The notes: generated by a model not told the origin, from the letters alone. 64,000 bases of DNA from Cyanophyceae cyanobacterium (GCA_050331735.1 JBHJGN010000023.1:96001-160000); one strand, 5' to 3'. Counted from the stretch's first letter, positions 37,373 through 49,033 are shown. Program-made: numbers and translations.

Positions 37373-39571
37373 ATGAAATTAACATCCCACCGTTACACGA
37401 CTCAAGGCGGCATCAGCGTCACTCGCTCTCGGGCTAAAATTCTGATGGAGACAGCAACAGACAGGATTTTATCCCGCTTAAACTCGCAAAGAGGCGGCTT
37501 GCTCGCCAGTAGCTACGAGTATCCGGGACGGTATAAGCGGTGGGCGATTGGATTTATCAATCCTCCCCTAGAATTGGCCACCCGCGATCGCACATTTACT
37601 ATCGCAGCTCACAACGAGCGCGGCCAGGTGCTGTTGCCCTTCATCGCTGACTGGCTGCGGGGACACGACCACCTAGAGCACCTCGAACTTCAGGAGCAGC
37701 GCCTCACGGGAGCCGTTAAGCCAGCGACTCAGTTCTTCTCCGAAGAGGAGCGCAGCAAGCAGCCATCGGTGTTTACGCTAGTGCGAGAACTCAGCCGTGC
37801 CTTCTTCAGCCACGAAGACGAAAACCTGGGGCTGTACGGCGCTTTTGCCTACGATTTAGTCTTTCAGTTTGAATCAATTACCCAACACCGCGATCGCCCC
37901 AACGATCAGCGCGACTTGGTTCTCTACCTGCCAGACGAACTCGTGGTGGTGGATTACTACTTGCAGAGCGCTTACTGCATCCAGTACGATTTCACCACCG
38001 AACACGGCACCACCAGAGGACTTCCACGGACCGGGGAAGCGATCGATTATCGCGGGGCTCAGCTTACTCCCGAGCGGGAATCCGACCATCACAGAGGCGA
38101 CTATGCCAAAAAAGTCGGCGTGGCTTTAGAATACTTTCGGCGCGGCGATCTCTTTGAAGTCGTTCCCAGCCAAAGCTTTTATCGCAACTGTGCCGAAACG
38201 CCAGCCAAGCTGTTCGAGATTCTCCAGCAGATCAACCCCAGTCCCTACGGCTTTCTGCTTAACCTCGGCGGCGAATACCTCATCGGTGCGTCTCCAGAAA
38301 TGTTTGTGCGCGTAGAAGGAAAATGCGTCGAAACCTGCCCGATCAGCGGCACCATCAGCCGGGGTCAGGATGCCATCGATGATGCCGCTCAAATCCGCCA
38401 GTTGCTCAACTCTCACAAGGACGAGGCCGAACTAACCATGTGTACCGACGTAGATCGCAACGATAAATCGCGGATCTGCGAACCCGGCTCGGTCCAGGTC
38501 ATCGGTCGTCGCCAGGTAGAGCTGTATAGCCATCTGATCCACACCGTCGATCACGTTGAGGGTATTTTGCGACCGGAATTTGATGCCCTTGATGCCTTTC
38601 TTACCCATACCTGGGCCGTAACGGTAACGGGAGCCCCCAAACGCTCAGCGATGCAGTTTGTCGAACAGCACGAACACAGCGCCCGTCGCTGGTATGGCGG
38701 GGCGGTGGGGTATCTCGCCTTCAACGGCGATCTCAACACCGGGTTGACGCTGCGCACCATTCGTCTCAAAGATTCCATTGCTGAAGTGAGAGTGGGGGCC
38801 ACGGTTCTCTATGACTCCAATCCCGAAGCCGAAGAAGAGGAAACCCATACCAAGGCAGCCGCCCTCTTTCAAACTCTCTGTGATGCCTGTCAAGGGTGCG
38901 AGACGGCGACGGGAACAGCATCCCGCAGCCCCAGCACAGTTTTTCCCGAGTCCTTAGCCCAGCGGATTCTGCTCATCGACTACGAAGACTCCTTCGTTCA
39001 CACCCTCGCTAACTACCTGCGGCAGTCAGGAGCCACGGTCACTACTCTCCGTCACGGCTTCCCCGAATCAGTCCTCGATTCCGAAGCACCCGCTCTCGTA
39101 GTGCTGTCTCCCGGTCCCGGCAAACCCAGCGATTTCCGCGTTCCCGAGATGGTGCAGGCGTGCGTACGACGGCAGCTCCCTGTGTTTGGTGTTTGTTTGG
39201 GGCTACAGGGAATCGTAGAAGCCTTTGGCGGCGAACTGGGCATTCTTGACTATCCCCAACACGGCAAGACCTCTCAAATTCTCGTGGTGGAGCCAGAATC
39301 GCGCCTGTTCAAAAATCTACCGCAGTCTTTTGAAGTGGGTCGCTACCACTCCCTGTTTGCCCTTCCCCATCGCCTGCCCGATGCGCTTCAGGTCACGGCA
39401 GTCTCAGAAGATAACGTCGTCATGGCGATCGAACATAAGGAGTTGCCCATTACTGCCGTTCAGTTCCATCCCGAATCCATCATGAGCTTGGCGGGTGGAG
39501 TCGGACTAGCGATTATTAATAATGTGATTCAGGCTCAGGCAGCGAGCGCTCCTGTTGTCTCGATTAAGTAG
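37373..39571 (+). CDS. trpE: Anthranilate synthase, fused TrpE-TrpG
   Basis: SSYEYPGRY, GASPEMF, PISGT..RG, GAPK; C-terminal GATase DSFVHTL, SPGPG.P, GVCLGLQ, QFHPES. Confidence 0.95.
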   Translation: MKLTSHRYTTQGGISVTRSRAKILMETATDRILSRLNSQRGGLLASSYEYPGRYKRWAIGFINPPLELATRDRTFTIAAHNERGQVLLPFIADWLRGHDHLEHLELQEQRLTGAVKPATQFFSEEERSKQPSVFTLVRELSRAFFSHEDENLGLYGAFAYDLVFQFESITQHRDRPNDQRDLVLYLPDELVVVDYYLQSAYCIQYDFTTEHGTTRGLPRTGEAIDYRGAQLTPERESDHHRGDYAKKVGVALEYFRRGDLFEVVPSQSFYRNCAETPAKLFEILQQINPSPYGFLLNLGGEYLIGASPEMFVRVEGKCVETCPISGTISRGQDAIDDAAQIRQLLNSHKDEAELTMCTDVDRNDKSRICEPGSVQVIGRRQVELYSHLIHTVDHVEGILRPEFDALDAFLTHTWAVTVTGAPKRSAMQFVEQHEHSARRWYGGAVGYLAFNGDLNTGLTLRTIRLKDSIAEVRVGATVLYDSNPEAEEEETHTKAAALFQTLCDACQGCETATGTASRSPSTVFPESLAQRILLIDYEDSFVHTLANYLRQSGATVTTLRHGFPESVLDSEAPALVVLSPGPGKPSDFRVPEMVQACVRRQLPVFGVCLGLQGIVEAFGGELGILDYPQHGKTSQILVVEPESRLFKNLPQSFEVGRYHSLFALPHRLPDALQVTAVSEDNVVMAIEHKELPITAVQFHPESIMSLAGGVGLAIINNVIQAQAASAPVVSIK

Positions 39572-39582
39572 GATAAAACACT

Positions 39583-40473
39583 ATGCAGATTCGTCGCCGT
39601 TGCGCACCGAGCCACTCGGGTTATCAGATTGTTGCTCCTGACGCGCCACCCCGTCATATTTTGGAAGAGATCGTTTGGCACAAAGAGCAAGAAGTGGCGC
39701 TGATGCAGGAACAAGTGCCGCTGGCTACCTTAAAGCAGCAAGTTTCATTCGCTGCGCGAGATTTTGTCTGTGCGCTTGAGCAGAATTCGCGGCAGCCGAG
39801 CCTGATTGCTGAGGTGAAAAAAGCCTCTCCTAGTCAAGGGGTAATGCGAGCCGATTTCGATCCGGTCAGCATTGCGCAGGCTTACGAGCGCAGCGGTGCT
39901 GCCTGCCTATCGGTCCTCACCGATTACCGTTTTTTCCAGGGCAGTTTTGATAACCTGCGGCGCGTACGGCAGCACGTCTCTTTACCGCTGCTGTGCAAAG
40001 AGTTTATTATCGATTCGTACCAGATCTATCTGGCGCGAGCGGCTGGAGCTGATGCGGTGCTGTTGATTGCTGCTATTTTGAGCGATCGCGATCTTCACAA
40101 ATTTATGTCGCTCATTCACTCGCTCGGCATGAACGCGCTGGTGGAAGTGCACACTTCAGCAGAACTCGCTCGCGTCCTAACGTTGCCGAATTTACGCCTG
40201 CTCGGAATCAACAACCGCAATCTTGAAAATTTCACGGTCGCTCTTCAAACCACCCAGCAGCTCATGGCGACTCATCCCCAAATTCGTGACTTAGGCATCA
40301 CGGTAGTCAGTGAATCGGGAATTCACGGGTCAGCAGATTTGCAGTTTGTGCGCACAGCAGGAGCCAGAGCGGTACTGGTTGGTGAATCCCTAGTCAAGCA
40401 GCCTAACGTCGAGCAGGCCGTCAGCAAGCTTTACAGCGATGCGGCGTTAGTTAAGTCGCTAGGACAAGGATAA
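39583..40473 (+). CDS. trpC: Indole-3-glycerol phosphate synthase
   Basis: [38 protein letters not shown]. Confidence 0.96.
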   Translation: MQIRRRCAPSHSGYQIVAPDAPPRHILEEIVWHKEQEVALMQEQVPLATLKQQVSFAARDFVCALEQNSRQPSLIAEVKKASPSQGVMRADFDPVSIAQAYERSGAACLSVLTDYRFFQGSFDNLRRVRQHVSLPLLCKEFIIDSYQIYLARAAGADAVLLIAAILSDRDLHKFMSLIHSLGMNALVEVHTSAELARVLTLPNLRLLGINNRNLENFTVALQTTQQLMATHPQIRDLGITVVSESGIHGSADLQFVRTAGARAVLVGESLVKQPNVEQAVSKLYSDAALVKSLGQG

Positions 40474-40597
40474 TTACGGTCTTTCTCCTGGTAAGGTTGC
40501 ACTTAAAGAGGGGGGAAACGGGGTGCCGTTGTCAAGAGACAATCAAGCAAATATCGCCTCTACGTTAACGTATTAGCAGTAAACGACTACCACTAAA

Positions 40598-41416
40598 ATG
40601 ACTTCTATTTCTGAACGCTTCAATTTTCTTAAAGACCGTCAGCAATGCGCTCTGATTCCGTTTATTACCGCTGGCGATCCCGATTTGGCCACCACCGAGA
40701 AAGCTCTCAAAGTTTTAGACCAGAACGGGGCTGATATCATTGAGCTGGGAATTCCCTATTCCGATCCCCTCGCCGATGGTCCCGTGATTCAGGCAGCCGC
40801 TACTCGCGCCCTTCAGCGAGGTACTAAGCTAGAGCAGGTGCTGGAGCTGGTGAAAAGGGTTAGCCCAGATTTGCAGGCTCCAATTGTGTTATTTACGTAC
40901 TACAATCCAATTCTCAATCGCGGGATTCGCTCGTTTCTAGAGCAAATTGCCGCCGCTGGAGCGCGGGGTCTCGTGGTGCCGGATTTACCCATCGATGAAG
41001 CCTCCGAGCTGCTAGAAACGGCAGCGGAGCTGGGAGTAGAGGTCATTTTACTGGTGGCTCCTACCTCCTCAGCCCAGCGCATCGAGGCGATCGCTCAGCG
41101 CTCTCAAGGCTTTATCTATTTGGTGAGCGTCACGGGCGTTACCGGCATGCGGACTCAGGTGCAGACACGGGTGAAAGATCTGCTCGCTCAGATGCGTACG
41201 CTCACCGATAAGCCCATCGGCATTGGCTTCGGCATTTCTGGGGGCGACCAAGCTCGCCAGATGAAGGACTGGGGAGCCGATGCGGTGATTGTTGGTAGCG
41301 CCTTTGTTAAGCGTCTAGCCGGTAGTTCTCAAGCCGAAGGTCTTGAGGCTGTCCAAAAGCTGTGCCAAGAACTTAAAGAAGCGATCGCCAGCGTTAAGGA
41401 AACCGTCTCCGCCTAG
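40598..41416 (+). CDS. trpA: Tryptophan synthase alpha chain
   Basis: [38 protein letters not shown]. Confidence 0.97.
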   Translation: MTSISERFNFLKDRQQCALIPFITAGDPDLATTEKALKVLDQNGADIIELGIPYSDPLADGPVIQAAATRALQRGTKLEQVLELVKRVSPDLQAPIVLFTYYNPILNRGIRSFLEQIAAAGARGLVVPDLPIDEASELLETAAELGVEVILLVAPTSSAQRIEAIAQRSQGFIYLVSVTGVTGMRTQVQTRVKDLLAQMRTLTDKPIGIGFGISGGDQARQMKDWGADAVIVGSAFVKRLAGSSQAEGLEAVQKLCQELKEAIASVKETVSA

Positions 41417-41517
41417 TAATGTAAGGATAAACGGCGAGCCATCAAAATAATATCCGTTCATTCTATGCCAATTCACCCAGCCTTGACCACACTCTTTCGT
41501 ACATTCGATCAATCAAT

Positions 41518-42750
41518 ATGGTAGCAACTCCCGATAAACCCATTAATGCTCAGCGCCCCGATTCTGCGGGACGCTTCGGACAATTTGGCGGCAAGTACGT
41601 TCCAGAAACGCTCATGCCCGCCCTCGATGAGCTAGAAGCAGCATTCCACCAGTACTGCGGCGAACCAGAATTTGAAGCAGAACTGCAACATCTGCTCAAA
41701 GATTACGTCGGTCGTCCCACTCCGCTCTACTTTGCTGAGCGGTTGACGGCGCACTACGCTAAGCCGGACGGGACAGGACCGCAGATTTACCTCAAGCGCG
41801 AAGATCTCAACCACACGGGCGCTCACAAAATTAATAATGCTCTGGCCCAGGTACTGTTGGCTAAGCGCATGGGCAAAGAGCGCATCATCGCTGAAACCGG
41901 AGCCGGACAGCACGGTGTCGCCACCGCCACCGCCTGCGCTCGCTTCGGGCTGAAGTGTATCGTCTACATGGGCGTTCACGACATGGAGCGACAGGCGCTC
42001 AACGTCTTTCGGATGCGCCTCATGGGAGCTAAAGTAGCTCCCGTTGAGGCCGGAACCGGGACTCTGAAAGACGCAACCTCTGAAGCCATCCGCGACTGGG
42101 TGACCAACGTCGAAACCACTCACTACATCCTCGGCTCTGTCGCCGGTCCCCACCCTTACCCGATGCTGGTCCGAGATTTTCACGCCATCATCGGTGAAGA
42201 AACTCGCATTCAGGCCCAGGAAAAATGGGGAGGGTTACCAGATATTCTGCTAGCTTGTGTCGGCGGTGGCTCCAATGCCATTGGTCTATTTCACGATTTT
42301 GTTAAAGAACCCTCCGTCCGGCTGATTGGCGTTGAAGCAGCCGGAGAAGGCGTAACTACCGAAAAACACGCCGCTACCCTCACCAAAGGTCGGGTTGGCG
42401 TTCTCCACGGAGCGATGAGCTACCTGCTCCAAAATGAAGACGGACAGCCCATTGAAGCTCACTCCATTAGTGCTGGACTCGATTACCCGGGTGTCGGACC
42501 AGAGCATAGCTACCTTAAAGAAACCGGGCGGGCAGAGTACTACAGCGTCACCGACCAGCAGGCACTTCAGGCCCTGGAGTTACTGTCGCGGCTAGAAGGC
42601 ATTATTCCGGCGCTAGAAACGGCCCACGCTTTTGCCTATCTAGAAACTCTCTGTCCGCAGCTAGCAGGCAGCCCCAAAATTGTCATCAACTGCTCAGGAC
42701 GCGGCGACAAAGATGTTCAAACCGTCGCTAAGTACTGGAAGCCTTCTTAA
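41518..42750 (+). CDS. trpB: Tryptophan synthase beta chain
   Basis: [48 protein letters not shown]. Confidence 0.98.
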   Translation: MVATPDKPINAQRPDSAGRFGQFGGKYVPETLMPALDELEAAFHQYCGEPEFEAELQHLLKDYVGRPTPLYFAERLTAHYAKPDGTGPQIYLKREDLNHTGAHKINNALAQVLLAKRMGKERIIAETGAGQHGVATATACARFGLKCIVYMGVHDMERQALNVFRMRLMGAKVAPVEAGTGTLKDATSEAIRDWVTNVETTHYILGSVAGPHPYPMLVRDFHAIIGEETRIQAQEKWGGLPDILLACVGGGSNAIGLFHDFVKEPSVRLIGVEAAGEGVTTEKHAATLTKGRVGVLHGAMSYLLQNEDGQPIEAHSISAGLDYPGVGPEHSYLKETGRAEYYSVTDQQALQALELLSRLEGIIPALETAHAFAYLETLCPQLAGSPKIVINCSGRGDKDVQTVAKYWKPS

Positions 42751-42876
42751 AAGCGATTAGCCGTTAGCTGATTCATGAGTCATGTTCCAAACTCAAGACA
42801 AAGCGAAAAGCTTTCTTGAAGCTAGCAGCTAACAGCTAAAAATGCTCACCTGTGTACCCCCTACTTTGATAGACCT

Positions 42877-43959
42877 ATGGTTGAAACACCCACCAGAGAA
42901 GCCCCCCTTACTGAATCGCCAGCGTGGTCCGCTCTGCTCCAGCAGCTCCTTGACCGGGAATCGCTCGCGGTTTCTCAAGCCGCCGATTTGATGCAGGGAT
43001 GGCTCTCTGACGCGATTCCTCCGGTCATTTCTGGGGCCATCCTAGCCGCGATTCAGTGCAAAGGAGTCACCGCTGAAGAACTGTTGGGCATGGTTCAGGT
43101 TCTCCATGCTCAATCGGTGAGACCCGCCGTGGCCCACACCGATACTCCTATTATCGATACCTGCGGTACGGGAGGTGATGGAGCCTCAACGTTTAATATT
43201 TCGACAGCGGTTGCTTTTGTGGCGGCGGCGGCAGGAATTAAGGTTGCCAAACACGGCAATCGTTCCGCGTCGAGTAAAACAGGCTCGGCAGACGTGCTCG
43301 AAGCGTTGGGGGTCAATCTCCAGGCCAGTCCTCACCAGGTGCAGGCAGCAGTTGATGCTGTCGGAATTACGTTTCTATTTGCTCCCGGCTGGCATCCGGC
43401 CCTCAAGTCTGTTGCTCCTTTGCGGAAAACCCTCAAAATTCGCACCATTTTTAACCTGCTCGGTCCCTTGGCCAATCCCCTCCAGCCGACAGGTCAGGTT
43501 CTGGGAATTAGCGACCCGACTCTAGTGGAAACGTTTGCTCAGGTGCTGCGGCAAATGGGCACTCGCCGTGCCGTTGTCGCTCACGGACGGGAGAAGCTAG
43601 ATGAGGCCGGACTAGCGGATGTCACCGATTTGGCGGTGGTGACCGAGCAGCAAATCCAAACCGTTGAGCTTCATCCCGAACAGGTTGGTCTGAGCGTTGC
43701 TCCCACCGCTGCCATTCGCGGCGGCAACGTTCAGGAAAACGCCGAGATCCTCAAAGCCGTACTTCAGGGTCGAGGCACTCAGGCTCAGCAGGATGTGGTC
43801 GCTCTCAATGCCGCCCTCGCCTTGTTCGTCGGCGAAGCGATCGCTAAACCGAGCCTCCCAGAGACATTTACCACAGGAGTGGCTCAGGCCAAGGATGTGC
43901 TTCGCAGTGGCGAAGCCTGGCACAAGCTAGAAGAACTCGCTCAATTTCTGCGGAATTAA
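42877..43959 (+). CDS. trpD: Anthranilate phosphoribosyltransferase
   Basis: [40 protein letters not shown]. Confidence 0.97.
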   Translation: MVETPTREAPLTESPAWSALLQQLLDRESLAVSQAADLMQGWLSDAIPPVISGAILAAIQCKGVTAEELLGMVQVLHAQSVRPAVAHTDTPIIDTCGTGGDGASTFNISTAVAFVAAAAGIKVAKHGNRSASSKTGSADVLEALGVNLQASPHQVQAAVDAVGITFLFAPGWHPALKSVAPLRKTLKIRTIFNLLGPLANPLQPTGQVLGISDPTLVETFAQVLRQMGTRRAVVAHGREKLDEAGLADVTDLAVVTEQQIQTVELHPEQVGLSVAPTAAIRGGNVQENAEILKAVLQGRGTQAQQDVVALNAALALFVGEAIAKPSLPETFTTGVAQAKDVLRSGEAWHKLEELAQFLRN

Positions 43960-44009
43960 ACCTAATTCACGGAAATGATGACCAATATTTAAGCAAAAGG
44001 ATAGTAACA

Positions 44010-45071
44010 ATGATTGTTGTCACTAAAAGTGGAACACCAGAAGAGGAAATCAATCGCATTTGTCAAGAATTAAGCACAACCTGGCAGGTTACTCCTGAAA
44101 AGAGTGCCGGACGACATAAAGTGGTCATTGGCATGATTGGCGATACGGCTAATCTAGACCCCCTGCAAATCCAGGAGGTGAGTCCCTGGATTGAGCAAGT
44201 CCTCCGCGTCGAAAAACCGTTTAAGCGAGTCAGTCGCGAATACCGTCACGGAGAAGCTAGTGATGTGGTTGTTGACACACCTAACGGTCCTGTACATTTC
44301 AGCGAGCAGGCTCCCCTGGCGATCGTGGCGGGGCCTTGCTCTGTGGAAAACGAAGCGATGATTATCGAAGTCGCCCAGCGCGTCAAAGCCGCTGGAGCTA
44401 AATTTTTAAGGGGCGGAGCCTACAAGCCCCGGACTTCTCCCTATTCCTTCCAGGGCCACGGCGAAAGCGCGTTAGGACTGCTGGCGGCAGCGAGAGCCGC
44501 TACCGGATTAGGCATTATTACGGAAGTCATGGATACTGCCGATATTGACATCGTTGCCGAGGTGGCCGATGTCCTCCAGGTCGGAGCGCGCAACATGCAG
44601 AACTTCGCCCTGCTTAAAAAAGTCGGAGCCCAGGACAAGCCCGTATTGCTCAAGCGCGGCATGGCCGCAACCATCGATGATTGGCTGATGGCGGCAGAAT
44701 ACATTCTCGCTTCCGGCAACCCCAATGTCATTCTCTGTGAACGAGGCATTCGCACGTTCGATCAGCGCTACACGCGGAACACGTTAGATCTGTCGGTCGT
44801 TCCCGTTCTGCGCAGCCTGACCCATCTGCCGATCATGATCGATCCCAGTCACGGAACCGGGAAGTCAGAGTTTGTCCCAGCAATGGCGAAAGCGGCGATT
44901 GTTGCCGGCACTGATTCACTGATGATTGAGGTTCACCCCAATCCAGCCAAAGCGCTCTCCGACGGTCCTCAATCTCTCAATCCCGAGCAGTTCGACCGTC
45001 TGGCGCGAGAGTTAGTCACCCTGGCTCAATCGATGGACCGCTGGGAGCAACCCTCTCCAGCGCTGGTCTAA
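44010..45071 (+). CDS. aroF: DAHP synthase, class I-beta, with N-terminal regulatory domain
   Basis: [44 protein letters not shown]. Confidence 0.94.
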   Translation: MIVVTKSGTPEEEINRICQELSTTWQVTPEKSAGRHKVVIGMIGDTANLDPLQIQEVSPWIEQVLRVEKPFKRVSREYRHGEASDVVVDTPNGPVHFSEQAPLAIVAGPCSVENEAMIIEVAQRVKAAGAKFLRGGAYKPRTSPYSFQGHGESALGLLAAARAATGLGIITEVMDTADIDIVAEVADVLQVGARNMQNFALLKKVGAQDKPVLLKRGMAATIDDWLMAAEYILASGNPNVILCERGIRTFDQRYTRNTLDLSVVPVLRSLTHLPIMIDPSHGTGKSEFVPAMAKAAIVAGTDSLMIEVHPNPAKALSDGPQSLNPEQFDRLARELVTLAQSMDRWEQPSPALV

Positions 45072-45075
45072 GATA

Positions 45076-45337
45076 GTCCCTGGCGGGACGGGGAAAGGGA
45101 AATTGTCCCTGGCGGGACGGGGAAGGGGGAAAGGGGAAATTGTCCCTGGCGGGACGGGGAAAGGGGAAAGAGGAGGTCGCTCCGCGACTGGAGAAGAATA
45201 CAGAACTAAGGAAGAGGCTGACTAACCCCCCTTTCCCCTTACCCTTTCCCCGTCGCGGAGCGACTTCCCCTATCAGGAAGAGGCTGACTAACCCCCCTTT
45301 CCCCCTTACCCTTTCCCCGTCGCGGAGCGACTTCCCC
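45076..45337. repeat. Dispersed mini-hairpin/GGGGAAA repeat element, copy 4 (amplified)
   Basis: GTCCC-TGGC-GGGAC three times (45076, 45105, 45142); GTCGC-TCC-GCGAC (45176); a 62/63-bp direct repeat (45209-70, 45275-337), each copy carrying the inverse GTCGC-GGA-GCGAC. Confidence 0.92.
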
Positions 45338-45377
45338 CATACTGATCATTTGTCCTCCCGGCTTTACTTGAATAATT

Positions 45378-46454
45378 ATGTTGCCAGAGCTACAAAAAAT
45401 CGACCGAGAACTGATCGAGTTGTTGGGTCAAAGAATTGCCCTGCTGAAGGCATCACAAGCGTGCGATGCTGTTGACACCAGTCATCTATTGGCGCAGGCC
45501 GGGGTTCCCGAGTATGTCTGGCAACACCTCACTCTCGGATGTGCTGCCGCGAGCGTTGCTTCCCCGACTCCGGCGATCGCCCAACCTCAGCCACGACGGG
45601 TGACAATTATTGGCGGTCGCGGTCAAATGGGGCGTTTTTTTGCTCAGCAGCTTACGGCTGCTGGTCACTGTGTTCAGGCGATCGGACGCCATGACTGGCA
45701 ACGCGCCGATGAGCTGCTCAAAACGGCAGAGCTGGTGATTGTATGTGTCCCCATTGCTCAAACGCTGGCCGCGATCGAGCAGGCCGCTAAGTATCTCCAG
45801 CCCGATACAGTTTTAGTCGATCTCACCAGCATTAAGACAAGCATCGTTCAAGCTATGCTCGACCATCACTCAGGACCGGTTCTTGGCCTGCATCCAATGT
45901 TTGGTCCTGGAGTCCAATCGTTTCTCTCTCAAAACGTGGTCGTTTGTGTCGGTCGTCGGCAGGAGGCTGGTCAATGGTTCCTAGATTTAATCGCCAGTCG
46001 AGGGGGGAAGCTCATTTACTGCACTCCGCAAGAGCACGATCGCATCATGACGGTCGTTCAAGCGATTCGTCACTTTTGGGCCTTCAGCCTCGGGGTATTC
46101 CTAGCTGAGCAAGGCATCGACGTGCTGCGCTCTTTAGATTTTTCCAGTCCTCTCTATCGCCTCCAGCTCAACATCGTCAGCCGCCTGTTTGCCCAAGATG
46201 CTTCTTTGTCTTTAAAGATGATGCTGGCGACCGCTGAACGTCGTCACGCCATTCGGGACTTAGCCACCGTCTGTAGTCGGCTAGCGGAGATGATAGGGCA
46301 AGAAGACGAAGCGGGTCTCGGCTGTGAGTTTGAAGCCACTAGCCGTTTCTTTCACCAAGAAGCTAAGCGAGCTTTGTGCGAAAGTAATCACACTATTAAT
46401 AGTTTAAGCGTCCTGTTAGCAGCTAGCGAAACCAGCAGCGGGCAAGAATCATGA
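45378..46454 (+). CDS. tyrA: Prephenate dehydrogenase with vestigial chorismate-mutase N-terminus
   Basis: IDRELIELL..RIAL helix, IIGGRGQMG, DLTSIK, HPMFGP, HDRIM..VQA.RHF. Confidence 0.92.
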   Translation: MLPELQKIDRELIELLGQRIALLKASQACDAVDTSHLLAQAGVPEYVWQHLTLGCAAASVASPTPAIAQPQPRRVTIIGGRGQMGRFFAQQLTAAGHCVQAIGRHDWQRADELLKTAELVIVCVPIAQTLAAIEQAAKYLQPDTVLVDLTSIKTSIVQAMLDHHSGPVLGLHPMFGPGVQSFLSQNVVVCVGRRQEAGQWFLDLIASRGGKLIYCTPQEHDRIMTVVQAIRHFWAFSLGVFLAEQGIDVLRSLDFSSPLYRLQLNIVSRLFAQDASLSLKMMLATAERRHAIRDLATVCSRLAEMIGQEDEAGLGCEFEATSRFFHQEAKRALCESNHTINSLSVLLAASETSSGQES

Positions 46455-47050
46455 CAAAATTTATGCCTCGCCTTGCCACGCTTTATCTCTAGCAAATGTC
46501 CTCGGTGATCGCCGCTATTAGTTCATTTTGAAAACCAACAGCGTAGCAGAAACGAGCAGGCTTTGCGCTCGACTGCCAATTCTTTTCTATTTGATGACAC
46601 CTAGGGACTCAAATCGCTCCAATCGCTGTCCCTCATCTTGTTCGCGGACACCACGTCAAGATTGTAAATTTTGATGACAAAAACCAAAATTCGTGGCTAC
46701 GTTGTTTGAGTGTTAAATAACAGTCTTTCAAGCTCCTCTTCACGCACTCTGTCCAATTTGAGTGGTAGACCGAGAGACGCTGCTCAAAGCCAGACAATTA
46801 CCTCGTAAAACCCGCATATTATAGCAAACGGACTGAATTTAGGAGGTAGTACATCCGAATCTTACTTTTTTCCTGCCTAAAAAACTTTGTTTTTAGATTA
46901 AACTGATACTCTACTGAAAAAACCTGGGTAGCCTAACACTAGCATCGGAGTCATTCTCCGTGAGCTTATGCTCACAGTTCTTGATATCTACAATAATTTT
47001 AAAATTTTTTTTATCTTTACTATCAAAAATTAGGCCGCTCATGAAAACAA

Positions 47051-47440
47051 ATGGAAGAAATAGTCTCAAATTCTAGCTGCTTTCTCACGTCAATGTCCAA
47101 ATCAGTGAAGCTTAATCCTAGCTATCGGGTGGATAAACTTGTTGCGGCAGGTTCTAACTGGCAAGCAGTTTATGTGATCAACGAACAATACTATATTGAG
47201 GACATTGTCGCTTATGCCATGATTAAAAATGGTCCTCACTATGAGTTTGTCCCAATTACGCTTCCAGAAATCCATCTGTCTCAGACACTACAAGATTATA
47301 CTCTTAAAGATGGTTTTGTCGGCTTAATTAATCCGGAAAATGAATTGATTGTTAACGACTATCTAGTAGAAGATATTCAACAGCTAGACATTGCCAAAAT
47401 CAAAGAAAGCCTGAAGAAGAATAGAATTAAGCTGGATTGA
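47051..47440 (+). CDS. Hypothetical protein
   Basis: 129-aa AT-rich ORF followed by a strong hairpin; may start at the internal Met (MSKSVKLN). Confidence 0.65.
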   Translation: MEEIVSNSSCFLTSMSKSVKLNPSYRVDKLVAAGSNWQAVYVINEQYYIEDIVAYAMIKNGPHYEFVPITLPEIHLSQTLQDYTLKDGFVGLINPENELIVNDYLVEDIQQLDIAKIKESLKKNRIKLD

Positions 47441-47478
47441 CGTCTTTAGAGTTTTAGCGTTGGCAAGAGTAATTTTGA

Positions 47479-47519
47479 TATCTAGGAGCATGTCTTTGGC
47501 TCATCGATGCTCCTAGATA
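47479..47519. terminator. Hairpin between convergent genes
   Basis: Perfect 13-bp stem TATCTAGGAGCAT / ATGCTCCTAGATA. Confidence 0.7.
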
Positions 47520-47542
47520 GGTGTGTCTGCGACTAACCGACA

Positions 47543-48316
47543 TCAAGCTTGCCTTCTCCAAGCCTGAGGAGAAAAACCATTGTATTGACGAAACTGGCGA
47601 AAGAAGTGACACACGTTAGCATATCCCACTGTTATGGCAATTTGCTCTACCGATTGCTCGGTTTCCTTCAGCAATAAACGTGCTGCTTCCATCCGGCGCT
47701 CAATGATCCATCGATTGACCGTTTGCCCAGTTTCCCGTTTAACTCGGTTTGTTAAATAAGCCGGTGAATAGCCCACCGCTTGAGCCACGTCTGAAAGCGT
47801 AATTCCTTTGTCGTAATTAGCCTCGATAAATTGGAAAACTTGTTTGAGTTCTGTAACGTAAGGGAAAAAAGATTGGGGAGGAGCGGCTGGTTGGCGGGTC
47901 GACTTAGGCTCTTGCTGATACTCGGCTGCGTAGCACTTCTGTAGCAGAGCCTGCTTGTCTAGTCTAGCGTTAACGGCTCTGATTAGTTCCTCTGCCGTTG
48001 AAGGCTTAGTCAGATAATCATCTGCTCCCAGTTCCATTCCCTGACGCTGTTCGGCTTTGGTTGTTTTAGCAGTCAGAAAAATCAGCGGAATCATTGCCGT
48101 TGCTGGGTTTTGCCGTAGTCGAGCCAGCACTTCGTAGCCATCCAATTTGGGCATGATGATATCACAAATGACCAGGTCGGGCCGGTGTTGCTGTGCCTGT
48201 TGCAAACCGAATAGACCATTGTCGGCTTCAAGAGTTTGGTATCCTTCAAACTCAAGACATTCTCGAAACAGATTGCGGGTCTGGGCTTCGTCTTCTACTA
48301 CTAATATTTTAGTCAT
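47543..48316 (-). CDS. Response regulator, receiver plus AraC HTH (likely scytonemin regulator)
   Basis: ILVVEDE, ICDIIMP, FLTA, KP; C-terminal ITLSDVA..VGYS..YL...RRM..A..LL...VGY....F.RQF....G.SP. Confidence 0.92.
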   Translation of the reverse strand: MTKILVVEDEAQTRNLFRECLEFEGYQTLEADNGLFGLQQAQQHRPDLVICDIIMPKLDGYEVLARLRQNPATAMIPLIFLTAKTTKAEQRQGMELGADDYLTKPSTAEELIRAVNARLDKQALLQKCYAAEYQQEPKSTRQPAAPPQSFFPYVTELKQVFQFIEANYDKGITLSDVAQAVGYSPAYLTNRVKRETGQTVNRWIIERRMEAARLLLKETEQSVEQIAITVGYANVCHFFRQFRQYNGFSPQAWRRQA

Positions 48317-49033
48317 GAGTTTTTCGGTGGATTGAGTCAGCGCGATCGCCTGGTGTAGTATACTCTACAGCTTAGCTGGGCTTAGTTGCTCTTGGAGCAG
48401 GGTCGAACCCATAGGGTAATGTAATTAGCGCTGCTGTCTGATGAGGCTATCACTCGTAAGGACTACTAGGGGAACAGGGTTGATCTTAGAGCCTAAACGT
48501 AAAGTAAATTTTAAGAAAGTGCAGATTTTGATGAGCCTGTCGTTAAGAGTAGCCCTGAATTTCCTTTAGCTCCTGTGAAGCCGATAGCCAACTCGTGCAG
48601 CATTTGTAAACTTTGGTGACAAGTATCTGTTACTTTTCTTATCTGAAATTACCGCTGATGCTCTCGAAAACTATCTATCTAGGGGTAGACTCATTTCGCT
48701 AGCTTTTGGGATAGATATTGACGCGCCAGGGCTGTTTATCAGGAAATGCTCACAGCGTTCTTCGCTCTGGCTGCTACAGGTCTAGATTACCTCCGCCGCT
48801 TTCTGATAACAACTTTGCAAATCTTTACAAAACTCAGCATAAATGGTAAGTTATGTCTTTAGTTAGCGTAGCCGATTAGTGCATTGACGTGATGCTTATG
48901 CCTGAAACTTTCTGTCCCGTGCGATTAAGGCGGCTTTTTAACCGATGGATTTTGAGCTAGCTCGATTCACTTCGGTCATCAAAACGAAATTATTCGATAG
49001 CGTATCGACAGTCAACTATAAATCTATAAAGTT

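Noticed and set aside
45076..45337. CRISPR array
   Set aside because: Units are separated by purine runs rather than unique ~30-40-bp spacers, spacing is irregular, and no cas genes are present.
45140..45475. 111-aa ORF, and similar ORFs at 31014-31223 and 24348-24644
   Set aside because: These are translations of the intergenic repeat element (GRGKGK, PPFPLPFP), not credible genes.
46760..46980. Riboswitch upstream of the 129-aa gene
   Set aside because: Only two small overlapping hairpins (46946-75) were found, with no aptamer consensus I recognise. An Rfam scan would settle it.
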